64,000 nucleotides of DNA from an uncultured Pseudomonadales bacterium (lineage in GTDB: Bacteria > Patescibacteriota > Microgenomatia > UBA1400 > PJMF01), in NCBI GenBank assembly GCA_964637295.1, contig CAZWWE010000001.1:121808-185807 (forward strand). Reading direction: 5' to 3'. The notes beneath the pieces were generated by a model. It did no database searches. It was given only the letters and a program-made list of their open reading frames with translations, and was not told the origin of the DNA. A program made the position numbers and the translations under genes. Below are positions 53,201 to 62,200 of this stretch, in pieces (positions within the stretch are counted from its first letter, which is position 1; each line of letters opens with the position of its first letter).

Positions 53201-56200
53201 AGACTTTTTAGATAATCTAGGTACTGATCCTGAAGTTGCCTGTTTAGATCCAAAAAGGCTTGATCTATATTCGTTTGATCATCGAAATCCGACAACAAAA
53301 ACGAGTTCTTAAAAAAAGTAAGAATAAAATGTTGAGCCAAGATAAAACTATTGGATTCAATGTCTGCTTCACCTGAAAAAATTTGTTTAAAATTATTTTC
53401 ATTTAAAGCGAACTTAACTAATAAATTATTTAAAAAAACTCGATCTTCTAATTCTAGAAAGCTATGATTTAAGAAATCACTTAGTGTATCAACATCAAAT
53501 CTTGTGACTGGTTTATTTTTTGTAAAAATTGTTAATATTTTTTGATTAAATTCTTGAATTTTTATCTCTTGCTCTGGTTGATTAAGCTTAGAAACTCCTT
53601 TATAAGCAGAGAGGTCAATGTAGGTGTCAGTATCGTCATTTCTTTTTTCATTAAGATCGAGTTTCTTTTTAATATAATTAAAATATTCTTCTCTTTTTTT
53701 TAATTCACTATATTTAAAATTATTATTCGAATATTCTAAAATTTGATCTTTAGACCAATTTGGGTTTTGTAGCATTAAATTTATCAATCTGTCCAAATAT
53801 GGTTCTGGATCTAAATCATTTAATCGAATTTCGCTTATCAAGCGATCTTGAAGATCAAGAGATAATGAGTACAAGTGATAGCTTATTGAATGTGCATAAG
53901 CTTGCTTGCCCAGATTTAGACCGCCTGCGAACTGAATAATTAATGGAAATTCTTTTTCTACATCATCGAACAAATCGGATATAGTTTTCCTCAGATTTTT
54001 ATTTTTTAAAAACTCTCTGCGACTTGATAATTGAAAATCAAGAATTGATTGTGGCTTCAAGACTAAATCCGGCTTATTCTTTTCAAGAAGACTTGACCAA
54101 GGATCTTTATTTAACAGTTCCTCATAATATTGGCTATTTAAGTCGGCGTCACTTGGTTTTAGTTTGTTAACTAGATTTCTAGTTTTAAAAAATAATGGCG
54201 AGATAGAAAAATATAATTTGTCATAATCAAAGAGAAAATTAAAATGGAATGCTTCAAAAAAAAGATCTACATGATTATATAAATCGCCAAATCTATCTGT
54301 AGAACTATAGGAAGAAATCCAAAGCAATTTTATCCCTTTGAGTTGATCAGTGTTTACATGAAGATCTCTAAGTAAGTAATCGAATTTTTTGAACTCTTGA
54401 TCAATTATTTCAAGAGTTTGCTGAAATAGAATTGTATTGTAAAGCTTTTGCCAAAAACCAATACTCTTTTTCGATGAATTGTTTATATAATCTTTAGTAT
54501 TACTGACTCTTTTTCTAAAATCAGGAACAAAATTTTCGTAGTATTGTTTTTTAATGCTTGGATTGGCAGCAGAATACAGCCCTTCCCAAACTGCATTTTT
54601 TTTCGAATTGCTTAATTCATAGATAAAACCAAAATTAGTAGCTTTCTTCCACGAAAAAGGCATTGCGGTCGGTCTAATATTTTCTGCAATACCTAATTCT
54701 TGAAAATTAAAGGCTACTTCTAAATTTATGTTTCTATTAAATAAAGAGCCATGATCTAAATCAGAAATTATTTTGAATTTACTCATATTAAAGAGCTGAA
54801 CACCTCTATTACCCCAAAAAGATTTTTTGGCGGTTCTATTATCCGAATAACTACCAATAATTTCTGCGGCTCCCTGAAATGCTTTTGGTTGATACCCTAA
54901 TCTGCCCAACCTGAGCAAAGATGTTCTATCAGCTTTGTATTCTTGTGCTCTACCACTAGTTAATTCAGATAGCATGTCGTTCCAATTCAAAAAATTATCC
55001 TCAAAGTGAGAAAATTCATGAACTAAAATGGCAAACAATTGATCTTTAGTTTCTAATGCATTAATTAAGCCCTGATTAACAACTAAAGAACCATCAGGCA
55101 AAGCAAAAGCATTTAATCCTTGATTAAGAGATACATAAACCTTTGCCTTTGGCAAAGGTTCTTTACCAGCTTCTGCTCTTTCTTGATTAATTAAGTCTGC
55201 TAATTGGTCGACAAAGGTTTGGATATCTCTTACCATTTCATCATCTGTGCTTAAAAATCGAGTGTTGTAATGCTCAGCATTTAAAATATTCCTAATTTCC
55301 TCTAAAACTTCTTCTTTACTTCTCTGCCAATTTCCTTGTATGTGATCAGTGCTATTCAAAGCTATTTCTTGAGAAAGGGGAATTAAATTCATTTTTTTAT
55401 CTAAATCTAACACTGATGTAATGTATGAATTTAATTTTGAGTTTCTTTCTTCTTGATTAAAGTTTTGAGTAAAACCACGCTTTAGCAAAACACTAGCATC
55501 TGTTTTTAATATTCTAGCTTGATCAAAAAAAGTAAAAAATGAAAATCGTCTGCTAATTACATTCTTTATTCCCTGTAATACTCCGCCAATAAGTTTATTG
55601 CGGTTTAGTTTGCCAGCCTTTTCTTCAAATTCAGCCATTTGCTTGAGACCAACAATTGCTGCTGCTTGATTACCTTCTAGAAGATCATTAACATCAGAGA
55701 TTTCTTGCGGAGTCAAATTGAGAGTTTCTGTTTGACGACCAATGCTTAAAAAGCCGGGTTTAGTTACTATGGTCATTTGTTTACTTGCTAGAATTTGCTT
55801 CGCAATGAGAGTGGCTTGATAGACAGAAGTGATGGCACGAGTTGTATCTGCTTTAGTTTGTCTAATCTCTGCTTCTTTAGTATCGACCCAAGCATTGAGG
55901 TAAAGCTGAACACACTGGTTTTGCATACCGTGTGAATTGACCACTTGAAGCCTGGTATCACTGAGTTGTTTAAGGGCTGCTTGTTTCTTATCTGCTGCTT
56001 GCTGAGTAAGAGTTTGCGCTTGCTTCAGATCCCCAGCAGTTTCAGCCTCACCAACTTGCACAAGCAGAGCTTCTGCTTCTTGCATCAGGGCATTCGCCTT
56101 TTCTACTCCAGCTTGGGTATCTAAGCGCACTTGATTGCAATCGGAGCAGAGGGAGGAAAAATCGAGTAAATTTGATTCAGGGCTATCTGTTTGCAAAGAT

Positions 56201-59200
56201 TGATATTCAACATTGATGGAATTAAGGGCTGATCTAAATCTGTTCTCAGTTTCAGTAAAAGAAGGATTGTCAGTTAAATTTACTTCAATAAGGTGATTGA
56301 GCAAATAATCTTTATACCTAATTTCTAACAATATCTTTTTCTTTAATTCTTGAAATTTCAATAAATCAACAGTTTGGATTCCTGCTTCGTTTAAAATTAT
56401 TGGCAAAGATAAATCTTGTCCAGTGAAATAACTAAAATTACCCATTTCATTTTCAAATAATTGACTCAATAAATCGTTAAGCTCTTGTTGATATTCATTT
56501 ATTTCCTTATCAAAAGAAAATTTAGCGGCAGTCTTTTTAAAAGCAATAGAAAAAATTATTTTGCGTAAATCCTGCGAAGATGTAATTTCTGGAGGCAAAT
56601 CATTTTTATAAATTCTAAACAACATTTCTAATTCATGTTTCAAATTTTCAATATCTGAGTCTCTAATTTCAGAAACTGCTGAGTTTTTGACATAATCAAT
56701 AAAGATTTTATTTTGAGAAGACAGATGACTAATGATTTTCTTTAAAACTATTGCGACATCCTGCCATTTTTTTGGCTGACCAGGTATTGATTTTGCTACT
56801 TCTATATAAATACTTAATTCATCAATAGCACTGAACGCTTGTAGCAAATTAATGCTACTGGGTAAATCCTTTTCCATTTGTAATTGAGGAATTACTTTAT
56901 CAAAATCATTCAAATTGATAACTAATTTTTCATCTTTATCAACCTCTAATGCAAGTAGGGTGTTAAAAAAAGGAGCTCTCTGCTGCAATCTTCTTTGTAA
57001 TTCAGCGAATACATCTTTAAATAAAAGAGTGGCAAAATCTGATGGAGTATCGTGAATAATTCTTAGAAATTCAGTTGAACCATATTTTGCTTCAATTTTT
57101 TCTCCTAAAACCATGCCTAAGGCATAGGGTCTTAAATATGAGAGATTAATTGAGGCAGCTCTATTTACATAGTTACTAAAAATTGAAAAATCTATAGCAC
57201 CAATCAATTGATTGCTTTGGCCTTGTTTTTTCAGGCCGTTAGAAAATGTTTGGAGAAACCTCGCGCTTGCTCTTTCTCCTCCCATTTCTCCAATAAAAGT
57301 TGATAAATTTCTTTCTGTTTCGTAAGTAAAATGGTCATTTTCCTTCAATATTTGAGTTAAACTAGATATTGAATCAGAATCAAATCTGGAACTGTCAAAA
57401 ATATAATCCAAAACTTCATTAGTGTTTTGTTCTGTTCGTCTAGGCTTGGCAAGCCTATCAACTGCATGATCAACTTCATGAGTAATTGTCGTAATGCAAT
57501 CAAACAAAGACCTGCGATTTAGCTTGTTATTAATAAAAATGGGATGTAAGGTATCATTATCTTTTATTGGCTGAGCATATGCATTGGCAGACTCTTCAAA
57601 AACACTACTAATAATTGGAACGGTTACTTCTTTGCCATTTTTTTTGATTAAGATAGTCGCAATTGGCAAATCTCGACTTAAAGATAAAAATCTTGACAGC
57701 TGTTGTTCATCGGTTAAAATGGTGGCAATATCAGCTATTTGTTGATCACTTAGTCTTTCAACAGAAATTCTAATGATTTCTACCGATTCTTGATAAATTT
57801 CTTTAAAATATTCTTCTAAACTGGCAGCCGCTCCGGCTTGATTGAAAAAGATTTTTGCTTGCGGATCTAATAGTTTATTTATTAAAACCTGTTGCAATTC
57901 AATAGAAACATCCTGTTTTTTAATAGAATCCATTAAATTGGAAATTGCATATTGTATATCTGGATATAAAGATTTAGCACGAAAGATAAATTCTCGCTCG
58001 ATGAAATAAGGTAGGGAAGAAATTTTTTTCGCATTAATTTCATACGAACCATCTGTTAAAATCGTTGCTAAACCTGCTTTAACTAATGAATCAAGATAAT
58101 TTTTTGCAAAATCTAAATTAGAAGAAGTGTCATTAGTTATTAAATCTAAAAGTTGTTTCGGAGATCTGATTTTTTCCTCCGTCTGATCAAATAATTGATC
58201 CGCTTCTCCAACACCTAAATCAGAAACAAGTTGATCTTCTTGGCTTAATTCCTCAAAATTAAGCCAAATATTAATCATTGTTTCTTTTACACTACTAACG
58301 GTTGCTTGCCCCAATTTGATTCCAAATAAATTGCTTTTTAATTCTTTTTCTTCTGTAGAAAAATACATTTGAGCCAATTCTGAAGTACCAATAACTGGAT
58401 TTTTCCCATCTTCTCTGCTGGTGGCTGTTAACAACAGCAATAATCTAATTACTTCAGATTTATAATTAACTGTAATATGTTCACTTAAAAGTTCTTGAAG
58501 TAGCTCTTGTTCGCTCAATCCTTCGTGCTTAACAGTTAGTGCTAGTAATTGAGCAGTTCCTTCATTGAGATAATGATGAAAAACAACGCGATTCGTATTT
58601 TCATATTCGAATCCGCCAAGAGCTAGGGTTTTAATTAATTCTGATGTAACAATGAAATTAACATCTAATTGAGCTGCCTTTTTTTTGTTAATTAAAATTT
58701 CGGTATGTTCAAGAAAATCCAATCTGACATAGCCAAAACTATTAAATTGCTCATTAAGAGCACTGGAAAAAGATTCAATACTATTTTCGTCTTCGATACC
58801 TTTTTCTACTAACCAAGTTAATATTTTATGCGATAGTTGTTGTGAATTTGCCAAGACCGCCTTAGATTTACTTGCTCGCATAATTCCTTCATCTGAAGCA
58901 GAAAACTTATCAAGTAAAACAGATCTGATTTCATCAATCTCAATTATTTCTAGATTTTCGTCCTCATCGGAGTTAACATTCTGACTCAAATTTTCTTCAA
59001 GAATAGGATCAATTTTTTGAGCGTTGACACTTTGAGAGTTTTCAATATGCCTAGCAATTTGCTCTAATTCCTCTAGAGTTAAGGTTTCTAAAGGATCAGC
59101 AATTAACAAGGCTTGACCAGAATTTGTTTGCCATTCACCAATCACATTAATCAACTCAGTTTTGCGTTGTTTTTCAGCAACAAGTCTAGCCGATTCGTGC

Positions 59201-62200
59201 AAAATTTTTTGCAACTCAGCCAGCAAATTTTCCACTTGCTCCGCAGAATTAAGTAGCGAAGCTAAGGGTAAAGAAAGAGAGCTGGCCAAAGTTGCGCCAA
59301 GCCCTTCGATTTCAGTTTGATTAATGAATTGTTTAGTTTTAAAGACATTTATTACTAGTCTAATAAATTCTTGGCCAACATCTTTGCCCGAAGTTAACAA
59401 GTCAGATAAGTTCTGCAACGAGTCACTATCAAAACTAAAGCCAGCGGCTTGTAAAGATTTAATTAATTCCAACAAAGTTCTTCGCTTATTTAAGAGATCG
59501 TCAGTTTGAGCAAGTAGAGTGGTTTGATTTGTTAATGCTTGTTCTAAAATTGCCAGCTGAGCTTCTATGCGCTTTTGCTCCTGATCAGCGACCAATTGTT
59601 GAGCAATCCTTTTTTTAACACGATCGATAAAGGTTTCAGTTGTTTTTAAATTTAAATCCAAATCTTTCAATTGAAGAGTAGAATCAATTTGTTCTTGTTC
59701 CAATGTTTCACTTTGCTGCCTTAACCGGGTAAGTTTTTGAGCGGCTTCAGCCGAGAGTTGAGTTTTGCTCTCTTGGTTTGGAGACAAAGGCAAAATACTC
59801 AAGGCTGGGAGATCAGCTACTGGCTGATTTTCTTGCAGTTTTACTACTAATTGAGCAGCTGGAGTTTTGTGAGTAAAAAATCTTCCTCGATTTTGCCCAC
59901 TGTTTTTTACTTTTGCGTAAAATTCTGATAAACCGCCATCAATGTTACTTACTCTTGAATCTTTAGGCTGCTCATTTTCAGAATGACCATGGACAATCTG
60001 AGTAGCAGATAAAACCCTAAGCAGGTTATCCACGGTTGGCGTGTTCAGTCTTCCTCTATCGCTCAAATCCTCCATTAATCTTCTAAAATTACCAAAACCA
60101 TCTTTGCCACTTACAATTAGTTTAACCTTATCATTGATCGCGCTCACACTTTTTCCAAGTTTTAAGTATTTATCTGTATCACTGTGCATATAAAGCACTC
60201 CGTCAACAATTGTCACTACATCTAAGCTCATTAGCCATTCGGCAAGTTGGGGATAATTGAGTAAAAACAATAATTCATCATTGGTAATTCCAGGACTCAT
60301 GCCAGTAGAACTTGCCAGATCAACTAAATTAGCTAGACTTGCATTAGGTCTACTTTTTTGAAAATTAAAAAATCTATGATAGGCAAAAAGAGCATTAATG
60401 TCATGATTGCCCAGTAAAACTTTAATTCGAGGAGTTCCATCGGCAAAATTACCAGCTTCTCGAACTAAGTTCATAATTTTTAAGGCAGTTTCAACACTAT
60501 TTACACCTTTTGGACCACGACCTATCAGATCACCCGTTAAAATTAACTGATCATTCTCTCCACCAATCCACTTGCCTTTTTTGTCAAGTAAAGCCGTAGG
60601 CAGTTTGTGTCCGTTTTCATCTTTTGTTTGACCGCTAAGTAATCTTAGCAAGGCATTCCAATCACCATGAACATCACCAATTGCTGTCACGTTCCGTACT
60701 TGAGCTTCATTATTTTGAGTGGAGATTTGCAGCTGTGCAGCAGATAAATGTCGACCGGCAAACCACTGCCAATTGGTTAGAGATGAGAAAATTTGTTGAG
60801 TGTAAGCTTGGACATTTTGGGGATCATTGGAGAAAGCTGGGTCTCTTGCTAAAGCACTACTAACATTAGCAGGTTTTATAAGCTGATTAACAGCATATTT
60901 TATCCATTCAACCATTTCACTTCTAAGCTGAGCTTCATTCAAGTGATTTATTTGTTGTTCTTGAATAAGTCGTTTCAACCCTTTCTTTATTTGAAAGTCA
61001 ATTATGGCGACATTAGCTTCAAGTATTTTTTCTGCTACTTGAGCCTGCTTTTCTTGGGAACTTTGTAGCTGATTTTGCTCAATTAAGTTTTTTATTTGCT
61101 GATCGATTGAAGCTAATTCTGCTGCTATTCTTGACAGATCTGCTGACTTTTGAGCAATCCTCGTATCAAGTTGCTTTTTCCATTCTTCATTTCTTTCTAA
61201 AATTTCATTAAGAGTAGCGATTTCAACTTTTTGTTGTTTCAGGTTATCAAGCTCAATGGTTAAATCGCTGATGGCTGCCTTAATTGAACTAATTTGATCA
61301 GTGATTTGTCGACGACCAGTTAAGAGCGCCTCGAGTGAATAGGCTATTGGGTCTATTGTCAAATCTATTGAATCACTAGCCAGAATCTCTTCTATTGCTG
61401 GTTCAACTGCTGGTTGTTCTATTGCTGGCTCTATTGCTGGCTCTATTGCTGGCTCTATTGCTGGCTCTATTGCTGGCTCTACTGACTGCTCTACAATTGG
61501 CTCATTGATTACTTTTATTTCTTCAATGAATTCTTCTAAAGAATAAATTAGATTTACTGATCCATCAGCATCAGTTTTAGCCTGAGCAATCACTATCAAT
61601 TTAATCTGATTATTAGGATCACTTAAGGCAATTATGTCCCCTTCTCTAAGAGGATACTTTTGTTGAGAAGGAATTCTTTGGTCATTAACATAAGTCCCGT
61701 TAGTACTGCCCACATCTATAATAAATGGACGTCCATTTTCAATGATAAACTGAGCATGGTTTCTAGAAACTTGTGAATTATTAATAATAATGTCATTTAA
61801 ATCATTTCTACCCAAATTAATTATTACTTCTGAAACTGGCTCTGAAAATCCATATTGTTTAATCAACTCTACTTGACGTTTAAAAATTTGTTGACTTGTT
61901 TCAGATCCGAAAAATGAATTAAGTAAATATTCAATAGCCTTACGATTACTGATTGGTTCTCTAGATCCAACTTGAGCTAATTGTGAATGATAGAAATCAA
62001 CAACTTCATACAAGTTTGCGCTGAGCTGATAAATATCTTTAAATGTTGGTAAAAACTTATCGCCTGTAACATCAATCATGGCTTGCACCAATAATAAGCC
62101 AGAAAAATATGACCATTCATAAACACCCAGATTACTTTTGTTGGGTAAGATTGCATCTAAAAGAGTATCGGTCAACGGACTTTGAACTGATTTTGCACTT

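Noticed and set aside
61393-61492. Tandem 12-bp repeats considered as a possible CRISPR array
   Set aside because: The units are contiguous with no spacers, lie inside an ORF in frame, and encode (EPAI)n. No cas genes are present.
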